Source of the DNA: Niabella sp.
GTDB taxonomy: Bacteria > Bacteroidota > Bacteroidia > Chitinophagales > Chitinophagaceae
DNA: 64,000 nt
Direction: 5' to 3'
NCBI RefSeq assembly: GCF_030150205.1
Contig: NZ_JASLGT010000014.1
Span: 22,166-86,165, forward strand
Made by a program: the position numbers and the translations under genes. The notes below the pieces were generated by a model. The model made no database searches. It was not told where the DNA came from and was given only the letters and a program-made list of their open reading frames with translations. Shown in pieces: positions 28,763-39,643 of the stretch. Each line of letters begins with the position of its first letter. Positions within the stretch are counted from its first letter, which is position 1.

Positions 28763-30160
28763 ATGCAACGATACAAAAACCTTCTTTTTTATGTGTTAAC
28801 GATCGCCGCCGCTATTGCGATCATCTGGTGGATCATTATCATGGGCGACCAGCTGCAATCGCAAAAAAATATCAAGTCCATTATCGAAAGCAAGCCCGCA
28901 CTGGGCATTCCCTTTACTGCAGTGCTCCGGCACAATATCCGGGAACCGCTGGCCATCCTGCTGTTACAGATCTTTGTGATCCTGCTGGCTGGTTCATTAA
29001 TGGGATTCCTGTTTAAAAAGATAAAACAACCCCGCGTTATTGGCGAAATGGCTGCCGGCATCCTGCTGGGAGCGTCTTTCCTTGGATATTATTTCCCGGA
29101 TGTATCTGCCTTTGTATTTCCACCGCAATCGCTGGGTAATCTTAACCTGCTCAGCCAGGTTGGCCTGGTGCTGTTCATGTTTATTGTAGGATTGGAGCTG
29201 GACCTGTCCCTGTTAAAAGGAAAAGCAAACGCCGCTGTATTGATCAGTCATACCAGTATTATTGTGCCCTTTACCCTGGGAGTGGCCACCGCTTATTTTA
29301 CCTATCAGCAGTTTGCCCCCCAGGGTGTACAATTTATTTCATACGCATTGTTTATTGGCATTTCATTAAGCATAACCGCCTTTCCCGTGCTGGCCCGGAT
29401 CATACAGGAGCGCAATCTTTCAAAGACCAACCTGGGGGTGCTGGCCATTACCTGTGCTGCGGCCGATGATGTTACGGCCTGGTGTATCCTTGCGTTGGTG
29501 ATTGCGGTGGTAAAAGCCGGGTCTGCCTGGAGCGCCCTGTACACCATCTTACTTTCCATCGGCTACATCCTGGTAATGCTAAAAATATTGCGTCCGCTGA
29601 TGGCCCGGTATTACAAAAAGGTAAACAACCAGCTGACAACACCCTTTATCGCGGTATGTATGATCATCCTGATCGCATCGGCCTACCTTACGGACGCCAT
29701 TGGCATCCATGCCTTGTTTGGCGCCTTCGTGGCAGGTATGATCATGCCGGCCGATATGGAGTTCCGTACCCAACTGATCGAAAAGATCGAAAGTGTGGCC
29801 CTGCTCCTGCTGCTTCCCCTGTTTTTTGTTTCTACCGGTTTAAAAACACAAATCGCCCTGCTCAACAATCCCACGCTTTGGGGTATTTGCATCATCGTGC
29901 TGATCATTGCCGTCATTGCTAAATTTGGTGCCAGTGCTGCCGCCGCCCGTTTTACCGGCCAGTCCTGGAGCGAAAGTCTTCAGTTAGGCGCGCTAATGAA
30001 CACCCGCGGACTAACGGAACTGGTGGTGCTGAACATCGGGTACGACCTGGGAGTGATCTCAAGAGAAATTTTTACCATCCTGGTGATCATGGCCCTGTCT
30101 ACCACGCTGATGACCGGGCCGGCGCTTAACCGGATCCAGAAGCTGTTTAAATCGTCATAG
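28763..30160 (+). CDS. cation:proton antiporter (CPA2/KefB-like)
   Basis: [41 protein letters not shown]. Confidence 0.92.
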   Translation: MQRYKNLLFYVLTIAAAIAIIWWIIIMGDQLQSQKNIKSIIESKPALGIPFTAVLRHNIREPLAILLLQIFVILLAGSLMGFLFKKIKQPRVIGEMAAGILLGASFLGYYFPDVSAFVFPPQSLGNLNLLSQVGLVLFMFIVGLELDLSLLKGKANAAVLISHTSIIVPFTLGVATAYFTYQQFAPQGVQFISYALFIGISLSITAFPVLARIIQERNLSKTNLGVLAITCAAADDVTAWCILALVIAVVKAGSAWSALYTILLSIGYILVMLKILRPLMARYYKKVNNQLTTPFIAVCMIILIASAYLTDAIGIHALFGAFVAGMIMPADMEFRTQLIEKIESVALLLLLPLFFVSTGLKTQIALLNNPTLWGICIIVLIIAVIAKFGASAAAARFTGQSWSESLQLGALMNTRGLTELVVLNIGYDLGVISREIFTILVIMALSTTLMTGPALNRIQKLFKSS

Positions 30161-30164
30161 AGGT

Positions 30165-30391
30165 AATTTGAAAATTTGAGAATGTGGGAATGTGGAAATG
30201 TGATAATGAGGTAATAGCAAATAGGCAGTAGTAAACAGGAACCAAAAGGCAAAGACCAAATTGCAAAAAACAAGAAGCGGAGCCTTAGATAGCTTTCAGT
30301 GATCAGTTTTCAGCAGATACGGCCGGGAATGCAGCTCCTTCATTAAACGAAATATCCGTCCCCCCAGGTCTTCCTGTCCCCTGAAAGCCCG
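30165..30391. repeat. composite repeat, inverted copy of 47969-48189
   Basis: 8-mer tract, 7-mer tracts and unique core; alignable end to end with the reverse complement of 47969-48189. Confidence 0.85.
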
Positions 30392-30536
30392 CCCCCCTGT
30401 ACAAAACTTTTCCGGTACTTTTCTGTTGATGATTCCTGAGATGCTTCTGCAGACGGTTGATTGGTATTATTTTAACGATCTAATCTTTTGTAAACTAGCA
30501 TTTTTCGTTTATTTTCACGTACAAATTGATTAAAAA

Positions 30537-31274
30537 ATGGAAGACAATTATTCAAGAAGCACACCAGACAGCATTTTTTCAAGGAATGAAGCCGTAGGCT
30601 CCCGGTCACGCTCTTTCCTTGCCAATGTATTTACCTATATGTTTGTAGCATTAGGGATCACTGCAGTAGTTGCCTATCTTTTTGCGGCAAATTCAGAGCA
30701 ATTGCTTTATCCGATCGTATCCAATAAATTATTGTTATACGCCACTATTTTTGCGCCGCTTGGTTTTGTTTTATTAATGTCCTTTGCCTTTAACCGGCTT
30801 TCGGCACCGGTTCTAATGGCTTTATTACTTGCTTATTCAGCGATAAACGGTATCAGTTTTAGCTTCATTTTACTGGCTTATACCAGCACTTCTGTATTTG
30901 GCTGTTTTCTTACCGCAGCGCTGATGTTTGGTGTAATGGCCGTAATGGGATATACCACTAAACAGGATCTTACTTCCATGGGCCGTATTATGATGATGGG
31001 CCTGATTGGTATCATCATCGCCTCGATTGTAAACTTCTTCCTGAAGAGTGATTCCATGGGGTATATCATCAGTTTTATCGGGGTGATCGTGTTTACCGGT
31101 TTAACCGCATACGACGTACAGAAGCTGAAAAGGATCGGTGAAGGGATCGACCAGGAAGGTAATGTGATTGCCGGCGATGTAAAGAAACTGGCCATCATGG
31201 GTGCATTAAGCTTATACCTCGATTTCATTAACCTGTTCCTGATGCTGCTGCGTCTGTTTGGAAGAAGAAATTAA
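30537..31274 (+). CDS. Bax inhibitor-1/YccA family membrane protein
   Basis: FTGLTAYDVQKLK, ALSLYLDFINLFL. Confidence 0.93.
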   Translation: MEDNYSRSTPDSIFSRNEAVGSRSRSFLANVFTYMFVALGITAVVAYLFAANSEQLLYPIVSNKLLLYATIFAPLGFVLLMSFAFNRLSAPVLMALLLAYSAINGISFSFILLAYTSTSVFGCFLTAALMFGVMAVMGYTTKQDLTSMGRIMMMGLIGIIIASIVNFFLKSDSMGYIISFIGVIVFTGLTAYDVQKLKRIGEGIDQEGNVIAGDVKKLAIMGALSLYLDFINLFLMLLRLFGRRN

Positions 31275-31294
31275 TGTATTTCAATCTGATTATT

Positions 31295-31319
31295 AAAAGC
31301 CGGTTCTCCCGGCTTTTTT
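31295..31319 (+). terminator. Rho-independent terminator
   Basis: AAAAGCCGG-TTCTC-CCGGCTTTTTT. Confidence 0.75.
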
Positions 31320-31337
31320 CTTTTAACCAACCTTCTT

Positions 31338-31850
31338 ATGAACTTACCGGTTTTGCTTTCAGCGGCCATTAGAAAAGAAACTGTGGCAGCAATTGTTGAA
31401 TGGATCGGGGCCGATCAAAAACGGTTTGACGGACTATTCCTGCTCTTTTCAGAAGGTGAGCCTCGCGTGGTACAGCGGGCAGCCTGGCCCATGAGCTATT
31501 GTGTGATCCGGCACCCGGAGCTCATCACCCCGTATTATGGAAAGATCATCCAGCTATTGAATGATCCCACACAGCCGGCAGCTGTAAAAAGGAATATCCT
31601 GCGGCTGATGGACCAGGGTCCCGAAGTGCCCAAAAAGTTTCATGGCCCGGTAATGGACAGCTGTTTCCGGACGCTGGAAGACCCGGAAGAAACGATCGCA
31701 GCCCGTGCTTTTGCCATTGGCATTCTTTCCCGTATGACCGAAAAGTATCCGGAAATATTGCCGGAACTAAAAACAGCGGTGGAATTTGTGCTGCCCAACG
31801 CCGCTCCCGGTGTACGCAGCAGGGCGTTAAAGGTGCTAAAGAAAAAATGA
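31338..31850 (+). CDS. hypothetical helical-repeat protein
   Basis: 170-aa ORF with QRAAWPMSY, VKRNILR. Confidence 0.75.
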   Translation: MNLPVLLSAAIRKETVAAIVEWIGADQKRFDGLFLLFSEGEPRVVQRAAWPMSYCVIRHPELITPYYGKIIQLLNDPTQPAAVKRNILRLMDQGPEVPKKFHGPVMDSCFRTLEDPEETIAARAFAIGILSRMTEKYPEILPELKTAVEFVLPNAAPGVRSRALKVLKKK

Positions 31851-31858
31851 GCGAAAAA

Positions 31859-32102
31859 ATCCACAGAGACACAGAGGTATTATGGTTGCATTTTAACCGC
31901 GATGTTCGCAATGAATTCGCAAGGATCGCAACGGGAGATACCTGCTATAAAAAGTCTTAGGAGCTTTGCGAAACTCCTGCGCGCTTTGTGAGTTAAGTTG
32001 TTCTCCGGGCCTGCCGCGTCACTACGCGAAATGGGAGCCACAAAGACCGGCAGGCGCTAAGAAACACGAAGTGGTATAATGCGTTGCGCCCCTGCGTGAA
32101 AA
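31859..32102. repeat. cluster of REP-like 8-9-mer periodic units
   Basis: CCACAGAGACACAGAG; AACCGCGATGTTCGCAATGAATTCGCAAGGATCGCAACG; GCCACAAAGAC..GCTAAGAAACAC also seen at ~63144. Confidence 0.7.
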
Positions 32103-32128
32103 GCCATGGAAGCACCAGTGGCGCCGGT

Positions 32129-34471
32129 TTACAAACCTTTAAAAGGCGTGGATGAAAAATATACCTGGTAATCTTTAATACGCCCGTTGGGATTATCCTG
32201 CCGGGGCAAGAGTTTTAACCCGCTTATTTTATAAGCCCTGCCCAGATCAATCACTACCTGGTGCGGATGTTTCGGGCTACGGTCCTGCCACTCGGTATGC
32301 CAGATACTGGTAAACTGCAGGTCGAAGAGATTGGCTGCATTTCCGTCATCACCATCCACTTCTTCACTATCTGCATACAAAACTTTCCAGGCACTGCGTG
32401 GGATTTCTTTTCCATCTGCATCCAGCAACTGGATCTCTGCTGCCGAGGCATACGGTTGGTTCTTAAACTCACTCAGGGCCTCCAGGCAGAAATACCTTGC
32501 CATTACCGGCTTGAAAGAGGCCATTTGCCACTCTTTGCTGTCTTCAAAAGTACCGTTGTAATGCGCCCGGGAAGCAGGAATGGTCCATTTTTGTGATGCT
32601 TTTTTATGTACCTGGGCGCGTTTTTCCGTTACAGAATCCAGGATGGGTTTGCTGAGCCCCTTCAATTCCGCCGGGTGGCTGATACCCAGCAGGTCAAAAA
32701 CGATCACTTCATTGGTCCCCTTCTTCAGCCAGCACCCGGGCAGGTAAATGGTTTGTGTAGGTCCGATATTCCAGTACCGGCCCAAACAGATCCCGTTTAC
32801 CCATACCAGCCCTTTATTCCATTTGCGGAGATCGAGATAAGTATCTTTTAATTCATTTACTTCAAAAACAGCTTTGTAAAAACCGGCACCCGGCTGTACT
32901 ATTTTTGAAAGCGGTGCATATTGTACCGGGATGGTCTTATCTCCCAGCTCAACAGGGTAGTTTTTCCATTGTTTCAATTCTTTTTTTGCTTGGCCATCGT
33001 CCAGGATCACTTTGCCATGAATACCTTTCCGGTCGTGCATAAGATAACCGTAATTTACCCGGCCGGTAGCTTCTACCAGGATCTGCATGGGTGTGGCCTT
33101 TGCGCGCGCAGGAATATTGAGGGTAAAGTTGCCTTTTCGCCGGTCGATGGTTCCTGCCTGTTTTTTATTGAGATACACCACCGCATAATCATGTATGTCT
33201 TCAAACTGAATAGCAGCTGTTCCGCCCGCCGGAAGCAGGGTTTCATAAAGAACAGCGCCGTATCCCTGGTTAAGATCTTCCATCAGCATGGCTGTGTCTG
33301 CGATAACAGCCTTTGGAAGATTATTCCACAAAGGAGCAGATGCCGTAAAACGGATCGTACCCAACGATTGGGCCTCAGTAGCCGCCGGCACATCCGGAAG
33401 CGTTTCTCCCGGCTGCAGGTACTTACTCAACAGTTCCCGGATCGCATAAAATTTGGGGGTGGGATTTCCGGCCTCATTGATAGGCGCGTCATAGTCGTAG
33501 CTGCTGGTTTGCGGCAGGTACGGTGGTGCATTGGCACCGGAGAAAGTGCCAAAAGTAGTACCGCCATGCGCCATATAGATGCTGAATGATGCATTATGAT
33601 CCAGCATCCATTTGAGCTCGTCAATCACGCGCTGACTGGAACCGGTATGATGCGGACGCCCCCAGCTATCGAACCAGCCGGGATAATATTCGGCACACAT
33701 TAACGGGCCGTGTGCCTGCACCCCGCGCAGGGCTTTGAAACCGCTTTCAGGATTGCCGCCAAAATTAACTGCCGCAAAAATATCCGGCCGTATATCATTC
33801 TTTAATTGCACTGGTCCGTCGCAGGTAAAGAACGGAACCGTAAATCCTGCCGCTTTCAGGTAATCGCGGATCAGCCCGATATATTCTTTATCGGAGCCAA
33901 AACTTCCGTACTCATTTTCCACCTGCACCATCAGGATATTGCCGCCCTTGTTCACCTGCAGTGGTGCCAGCTGTTTTCCCACTTCCAGCAGGTACCGTTT
34001 ACATGCTTCCAGGTAGTGCGGATGCTGCGTGCGCACCCGCATGCTTTTATCTTTCAGCAACCACCAGGGAAAACCGCCAAACTCCCATTCTGCACAGGAG
34101 TAAGGTCCGGGCCGCAGGATCACATACAGACCTTCCTGCTGCGCCATCCGGCAAAACTCCGCGGCATCGGCTTGTCCGCTCCAGTCAAATTTTCCTGGTT
34201 CCCGCTCTGTAAAATTCCAGAAAAGATAGGCACATACCGTATTTAGTCCCATGGCCTTTGCCATTTTTAACCGGCCCCGCCAGTAATCCCGGGGAATGCG
34301 GGTATAATGCATTTCCCCGCAGCGGATCACAAACGGTTTATGATTGAGCAAAAAACTGGTATCACCAATGGCAAATGCGGTCTGATTCTTTTGTGCGGCG
34401 GCTCCGTATTGCAGGAGCAACGACACACATAAAAGAATCAGACCGCGGCCGAATCTTCTGTAGCAGTGCAT
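32129..34471 (-). CDS. GH35 beta-galactosidase with C-terminal F5/8 type C (CBM32-like) domain
   Basis: GEMHYTRIP, ILRPGPY.CAEWEFGG, VQVENEYG, AEYYPGWFD, SYDYDAPI; SIWHT...IDLG. Confidence 0.93.
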   Translation of the reverse strand: MHCYRRFGRGLILLCVSLLLQYGAAAQKNQTAFAIGDTSFLLNHKPFVIRCGEMHYTRIPRDYWRGRLKMAKAMGLNTVCAYLFWNFTEREPGKFDWSGQADAAEFCRMAQQEGLYVILRPGPYSCAEWEFGGFPWWLLKDKSMRVRTQHPHYLEACKRYLLEVGKQLAPLQVNKGGNILMVQVENEYGSFGSDKEYIGLIRDYLKAAGFTVPFFTCDGPVQLKNDIRPDIFAAVNFGGNPESGFKALRGVQAHGPLMCAEYYPGWFDSWGRPHHTGSSQRVIDELKWMLDHNASFSIYMAHGGTTFGTFSGANAPPYLPQTSSYDYDAPINEAGNPTPKFYAIRELLSKYLQPGETLPDVPAATEAQSLGTIRFTASAPLWNNLPKAVIADTAMLMEDLNQGYGAVLYETLLPAGGTAAIQFEDIHDYAVVYLNKKQAGTIDRRKGNFTLNIPARAKATPMQILVEATGRVNYGYLMHDRKGIHGKVILDDGQAKKELKQWKNYPVELGDKTIPVQYAPLSKIVQPGAGFYKAVFEVNELKDTYLDLRKWNKGLVWVNGICLGRYWNIGPTQTIYLPGCWLKKGTNEVIVFDLLGISHPAELKGLSKPILDSVTEKRAQVHKKASQKWTIPASRAHYNGTFEDSKEWQMASFKPVMARYFCLEALSEFKNQPYASAAEIQLLDADGKEIPRSAWKVLYADSEEVDGDDGNAANLFDLQFTSIWHTEWQDRSPKHPHQVVIDLGRAYKISGLKLLPRQDNPNGRIKDYQVYFSSTPFKGL

Positions 34472-34490
34472 GAAAGGGGTGCGTGTTAAA

Positions 34491-35225
34491 TTATAATCTT
34501 CTGATCTTGATATTGCGGAACCAAACAGTATTGCCATGATCCTGCAAACCGATACGGCCCGATTTGAAAGCAGCAAAATCAGGAAGATTTTTAAACTTGC
34601 TTTGCGCTACCAGCGCACGCCAGTTATCATCCCACATATGGGTATCGATAATATGCACCCCATTGAGGTAAAAATCCAGTTTACCATTCAGACTTTTTAT
34701 TACCACATGGTTCCACTCGCCTACGGCTTTCACCGGCTCGCTGCTGCTTTTAATGATATCGTACAAATCACCGGCGCGATGTTTGGTGATCTTTCCATCC
34801 GGGTGTCCCTCGTTATCCAGGATCTGCATTTCGGGGCCGGTGTACCACATGTATTTATACTTGTCTTTATTGTCGATCACATAAAGACACACACCACTGT
34901 TTCCTTTTTGAGAAATTTTCCAGTCGAGCTGCAGCTCAAAGTTGCCATACTCTTCATCACTAACCAGGTCGCCCCGGCCGGATTTAGCCTCTCCATCCAG
35001 TTGCAGGGTACCATCTACCGCCTGCCAGGCAGTTCCCGGAGCCGTGGCTCCATAAGTATGCCATCCGGCTGTGGTTTTGCCGTCGAACAGCAGCTTCCAG
35101 CCGGCCGCTTTTTCTTTTTTACTAAGCGTATTTTCAGACGCTTCGTTTGCCTGACCGTGCTTCTGGCCGGAACAGGAAGATGCAAACAGGCCAAGGGCCG
35201 CGGCAATCAAAAAGGTTTTTGTCAT
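34491..35225 (-). CDS. DUF1080 (3-keto-disaccharide hydrolase-like) lipoprotein
   Basis: GWKLLFDGK, GNSGV, EMQILDN, GEWN, IGLQDHG..VWFRNIKIR. Confidence 0.92.
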   Translation of the reverse strand: MTKTFLIAAALGLFASSCSGQKHGQANEASENTLSKKEKAAGWKLLFDGKTTAGWHTYGATAPGTAWQAVDGTLQLDGEAKSGRGDLVSDEEYGNFELQLDWKISQKGNSGVCLYVIDNKDKYKYMWYTGPEMQILDNEGHPDGKITKHRAGDLYDIIKSSSEPVKAVGEWNHVVIKSLNGKLDFYLNGVHIIDTHMWDDNWRALVAQSKFKNLPDFAAFKSGRIGLQDHGNTVWFRNIKIRRL

Positions 35226-35243
35226 AATCAAGGTTTAATGGGG

Positions 35244-35642
35244 TTATTTTTTTAACAGCAGAATATATTTTACCATGGTCTTGGCATCGGCTTCCGTTAC
35301 ATTCGGATGCGGGGTCATTGGTACTTCACCCCAAACACCACTGCCGCCGGAAATTACCTTCTGCGCCAGCTTGGTAATGGTGGCATCATCTGCACCTGCA
35401 TATTTGTTGGCCACATCGCGATAAGCCGGGCCGGTTAATTTTTCGTCGATCTTATGACAGGTGATACACTGATACTGCCCTACCATTGCCAGACCTGCCT
35501 GGTAATCCGGATTAGCGGATATATCGTCTTTCTTCTCGGTTGTCTTGGTTTCGGAACCGGCTTCCGGTTTCTTTTCTTCTCCCCCGCCACATGCAGCAGC
35601 AATGGCTGCCACGATAACCGCAGATAAAATAACTTTCTTCAT
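35244..35642 (-). CDS. c-type cytochrome lipoprotein
   Basis: CITCH, GPAYRDVA, GVWGEVPMTPH. Confidence 0.92.
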   Translation of the reverse strand: MKKVILSAVIVAAIAAACGGGEEKKPEAGSETKTTEKKDDISANPDYQAGLAMVGQYQCITCHKIDEKLTGPAYRDVANKYAGADDATITKLAQKVISGGSGVWGEVPMTPHPNVTEADAKTMVKYILLLKK

Positions 35643-35677
35643 GTTCTGTGTATTTGTTTGATTTTTTTATAAAGATA

Positions 35678-36733
35678 TTAATTGATCCCTAAAACTTTTC
35701 TATTTAATGCATCATCTTTTACCGTAGCAGCAAAATCATCAAAGGCTTTTTCCGTAACCCGGATGATATGGTCTTTAATAAACTGCGCCCCTTCTCTCGC
35801 CCCGTCTTCCGGGTGCTTCAGGCAACATTCCCATTCCATTACCGCCCAGCCTTTAAAGTCATACTCTGCCAGCTTGGAGAAAATGGTTTTAAAATCTACC
35901 TGGCCATCGCCGGGGCTCCGGTAACGTCCTGCGCGCTTCAGCCAGGGCTGGTAGCCGCCAAAAGCGCCCTTCCTGCCTGTTGGATTAAATTCCGAATCTT
36001 TTACGTGAAATGCCCGGATCCGCTCGTGAAAAATATCGATGTACTCAATATAATCGAGGCATTGCAGTACAAAATGCGAAGGATCGTACAGCAAACAGGC
36101 CCGCGCATGGTTATTTACTTTCTCGAGGAACATCTCGTAGGTATCGCCATCAAAAAGGTCTTCTCCCGGATGGATCTCATAACACACATCCACACCACAT
36201 TCCTCAAACGTATCCAGGATGGGGGTCCACCGCTTCGCCAGTTCAGTAAAACCCTCTTCAACCAGTCCTGCAGGCCGCTGCGGCCAGGGATGGAAGGTAT
36301 GCCATAATAAAGAGCCGCTAAAAGTTGCATGGGCATTCAATCCCAGGTTCTGAGAGGCTTTCGCAGCATACTTCAGCTGCTGAATGGCCCATTCGGTGCG
36401 GGCTTTGGAATTATTGCGTACAGCGTCCGGCGCAAAAGAGTCAAATAAAAGATCATAGGCCGGATTTACTGCCACCAGCTGTCCCTGTAAATGGGTCGAC
36501 AGTTCGGAGATCTCCATTCCGCATGCATTTACGATGCCTTTGATCTCATCTGCATAGGTTTTGCTTTCCGCAGCCTTTTGCAGATCGATAAACTGATCAT
36601 TGTTGGTAGGGATCTGTACCCCCTTAAAGCCTAATGAGGCCGCCCAGGTACAAATAGATTCCAGCGTGTTAAAGGGAGCTTGATCACCGGCAAACTGTGC
36701 CAGGAAGATACCGGGTCCTTTCAGCGTAGTCAT
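35678..36733 (-). CDS. sugar phosphate isomerase/epimerase (AP-endonuclease-2 TIM barrel)
   Basis: GPGIFLAQF, YEIHPGED, YDPSH, FHVKD, MEWECC. Confidence 0.9.
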   Translation of the reverse strand: MTTLKGPGIFLAQFAGDQAPFNTLESICTWAASLGFKGVQIPTNNDQFIDLQKAAESKTYADEIKGIVNACGMEISELSTHLQGQLVAVNPAYDLLFDSFAPDAVRNNSKARTEWAIQQLKYAAKASQNLGLNAHATFSGSLLWHTFHPWPQRPAGLVEEGFTELAKRWTPILDTFEECGVDVCYEIHPGEDLFDGDTYEMFLEKVNNHARACLLYDPSHFVLQCLDYIEYIDIFHERIRAFHVKDSEFNPTGRKGAFGGYQPWLKRAGRYRSPGDGQVDFKTIFSKLAEYDFKGWAVMEWECCLKHPEDGAREGAQFIKDHIIRVTEKAFDDFAATVKDDALNRKVLGIN

Positions 36734-36992
36734 ATATAATCGTTATTTATTTTTTAAATATACCGGCTAAATGTACAAAACTTTCAATAATCCATTTCAG
36801 TTTTTCGTGTATTCTAAACACTTTCTCCGGCTCCTGTAATAGAAACGGTATGGATGCCAAAATCGTACGTGTAATTACCGGCTTCCCGGCGGTTTAAAAA
36901 AAATCAGCATAATTATTTTCAAGAATGAAAAAATAGTACATTTAGCATCTGAATACATTTTAACCCATAAATTAAATAACGAAAGCATTGGT

Positions 36993-38273
36993 ATGAAGTC
37001 CATTCAACGTCCTCAACTATTTGTAGCAAGCTGCCTGGCACTTCTGGTAACTTCGCTCTCTTTTGGAATCAGAGCCGGGATATTAAATAAGCTGGGCGTA
37101 GATTTTGGCCTGGATAAAGCAGAATTGGGTACCATTGCGGCCACCGCATTCTGGGGGTTTCCGTTAGCAGTTATTATCGGGGGCGTTGTAGTAGATATCA
37201 TAGGAATGAAACGCCTGTTAGTGGTCGCATTTGTTTTTCATCTTTTGGGAATCCTGTTAACCATTTTTTCCGGAAAATTCGGCAATCCGTTCTGGGCCCT
37301 GTTCTTCTCAACCCTGCTTATTGGTATTGCCAACGGAACCGTGGAGGCGGCCTGCAACCCGCTGGTTACCGCATTGTTTCCAGAAAATAAAACGACCAAG
37401 CTGAATCACTTTCACCTGTGGTTCCCGGGAGGCATTGTACTGGGTACCCTCATTGTATATTTCTTTGACAAAGCCGCGTTAAGCTGGCAGGTTCAGGTGG
37501 GCGTTATGCTGATCCCCACATTGATCTATGGATTTCTTTTTTCCAAACTGAAGTTCCCGGTAACCGAGCGTGTTTCGAGCGGAATTTCTACCGCTGAAAT
37601 GTACCGTTCACTCGGGAATCCGCTTTTTATTTTCATGCTGATCTGCATGTTTGGAACGGCCATTACCGAATTATTTACGGGTCAGTGGATCGATGTGCTC
37701 CTGCGGAACATTACTGATAATGCGCTGCTGGTGTTAACGGTATCGACCGGTGTAATGGTGATCGGCCGTGCAATGGCAGGCCCTATTGTAGAGCGCCTGG
37801 CACCACAGGGTGTGTTGCTGATGTCGGCAATCGTTGCTACCATCGGGCTTTATCTATTAGGCAATACTTCAGGCAATATGATTTTTATAGGCGCTCTCAT
37901 TTTTGGTGCGGGCGTTTGCTATTTCTGGCCAACGATGCTGGGTTTTGTATCCGAATACCTTCCAAGAACCGGAGCCATCGGACTTAACCTGATGGGCGGT
38001 GCCGGCATGTTTGCCGTATCTATATACATGATGCTGATGGGCGGCGTATATGACCGCCTGATTGGTGAAAAGCTGCCGGCCGGAGCCGACCTCAAGGCCT
38101 ACAACGCACCGGAGGCTACCCTGGAAATGAAGACAGCCCTGGCAGAAGCCAACAAGGCAGCAGGTCCCGAGATCATCAATACCACACTCGTGATCCCCAT
38201 CGTGCTGATCGTTGCCTTTATTGGCCTCAATATTTATATGCGTAACAGAAGCAAAAGACTTCAGGCTGCCTGA
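36993..38273 (+). CDS. MFS sugar transporter
   Basis: ANGTVEAACNPL, HLWFPGG, YFWPTMLG. Confidence 0.9.
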   Translation: MKSIQRPQLFVASCLALLVTSLSFGIRAGILNKLGVDFGLDKAELGTIAATAFWGFPLAVIIGGVVVDIIGMKRLLVVAFVFHLLGILLTIFSGKFGNPFWALFFSTLLIGIANGTVEAACNPLVTALFPENKTTKLNHFHLWFPGGIVLGTLIVYFFDKAALSWQVQVGVMLIPTLIYGFLFSKLKFPVTERVSSGISTAEMYRSLGNPLFIFMLICMFGTAITELFTGQWIDVLLRNITDNALLVLTVSTGVMVIGRAMAGPIVERLAPQGVLLMSAIVATIGLYLLGNTSGNMIFIGALIFGAGVCYFWPTMLGFVSEYLPRTGAIGLNLMGGAGMFAVSIYMMLMGGVYDRLIGEKLPAGADLKAYNAPEATLEMKTALAEANKAAGPEIINTTLVIPIVLIVAFIGLNIYMRNRSKRLQAA

Positions 38274-38339
38274 TTGACAACGGGTACAGGTACTTATATT
38301 CTTAACTAAATTTTCAAACAATCTTTCTAAAGCAGTTAT

Positions 38340-39635
38340 ATGAAATCATCCGTTAAAGTCCAGCTTTCCGTAATGATGTTCCTCGAATTCTTTATCTGGG
38401 GCGCCTGGTTTGTAACATTGGGTACATTTTTGCCGAAAAATTTAAAAGCTTCTGACTTTGAAATATCCAATGTCTTTTCCACCCAATCCTGGGGGGCCAT
38501 CATAGCTCCTTTTATAATTGGTTTGATTGCAGATCGGTTCTTTAATGCTGAAAAAATTCTTGGCATACTTCATCTCATTGGCGCCGCTTTGATGTATATG
38601 ATGTTTAAAGCTGAAAATGTTGCGACATTTTATCCATATGTGTTGGCTTACATGATTCTTTATATGCCCACACTAGCTTTGGTAAACTCAGTATCCTTTA
38701 ATCAGATGAAGAGTCCAGAAAAACAATTTCCTTCTATCCGTATTTGGGGAACAATAGGATGGATTCTAGCCGGCCTCATTATAAGCTACGTCTTTCATTG
38801 GGATAATGAGCAAAATAACAAAGCTAATGACACATTAAGAAATACATTTGCAATGGCAGGTATAGCATCTTTAATTTTGGGATTTTTTAGTTTCATCTTA
38901 CCTAAAACACCTCCCAGGAAAGCTGAGCAAGGAGCTTCTGTCAGTCAGATACTCGGTCTAGATGCTTTAAAATTATTAAAAGACAAGAATTTCCTCGTTT
39001 TCTTTATTTCTTCAGTTCTAATTTGTATCCCATTGGCATTTTACTACCAAAATGCTAATAACTTTCTTACAGACGTCGGAATGAAAAATCCGACGGGAAA
39101 GATGACAATCGGACAAGTCTCCGAAGTATTATTTTTATTATTGATTCCTTATCTTTTTAATCGCTTTGGTTTCAAAAAAACAATTTTGGTAGGCATGATA
39201 GCCTGGGTAGTTCGTTACCTGCTATTTGCTTATGGTAACGCTGGAGGAATGGCATTCATGCTTATTCTCGGTATTGCGTTGCATGGCATCTGTTACGACT
39301 TTTTCTTCGTGTCCGGGCAGATCTATACTGATGCCAAAGCCGGGGAAAAACATAAAAGCTCAGCACAGGGTTTAATTACTTTAGCTACATATGGCATTGG
39401 TCAACTAGTTGGTTTTTGGGTAGCAGGTTATGTAGGCGAACACTATAAAAGCCTGGTACCAGCTAAACTTGCGGATGGTGTTGCACCAACAGCAGCAGAA
39501 GCCGCAGAACGCGCCAGCCAGTATGGCGTTTTCTGGCAGCACGTATGGGTTATTCCCGCTGCGATTGCCGCCATCGTAGCCATTTTGTTCCTATTGTTTT
39601 TCCGGAACGATAAAAAAACGACAAATAATTTATAA
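38340..39635 (+). CDS. nucleoside:H+ symporter-family MFS permease
   Basis: MMFLEFFIWGAW, FPSIRIWGTIGW, LHGICYDFFFV. Confidence 0.92.
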   Translation: MKSSVKVQLSVMMFLEFFIWGAWFVTLGTFLPKNLKASDFEISNVFSTQSWGAIIAPFIIGLIADRFFNAEKILGILHLIGAALMYMMFKAENVATFYPYVLAYMILYMPTLALVNSVSFNQMKSPEKQFPSIRIWGTIGWILAGLIISYVFHWDNEQNNKANDTLRNTFAMAGIASLILGFFSFILPKTPPRKAEQGASVSQILGLDALKLLKDKNFLVFFISSVLICIPLAFYYQNANNFLTDVGMKNPTGKMTIGQVSEVLFLLLIPYLFNRFGFKKTILVGMIAWVVRYLLFAYGNAGGMAFMLILGIALHGICYDFFFVSGQIYTDAKAGEKHKSSAQGLITLATYGIGQLVGFWVAGYVGEHYKSLVPAKLADGVAPTAAEAAERASQYGVFWQHVWVIPAAIAAIVAILFLLFFRNDKKTTNNL

Positions 39636-39643
39636 GTAGAACG

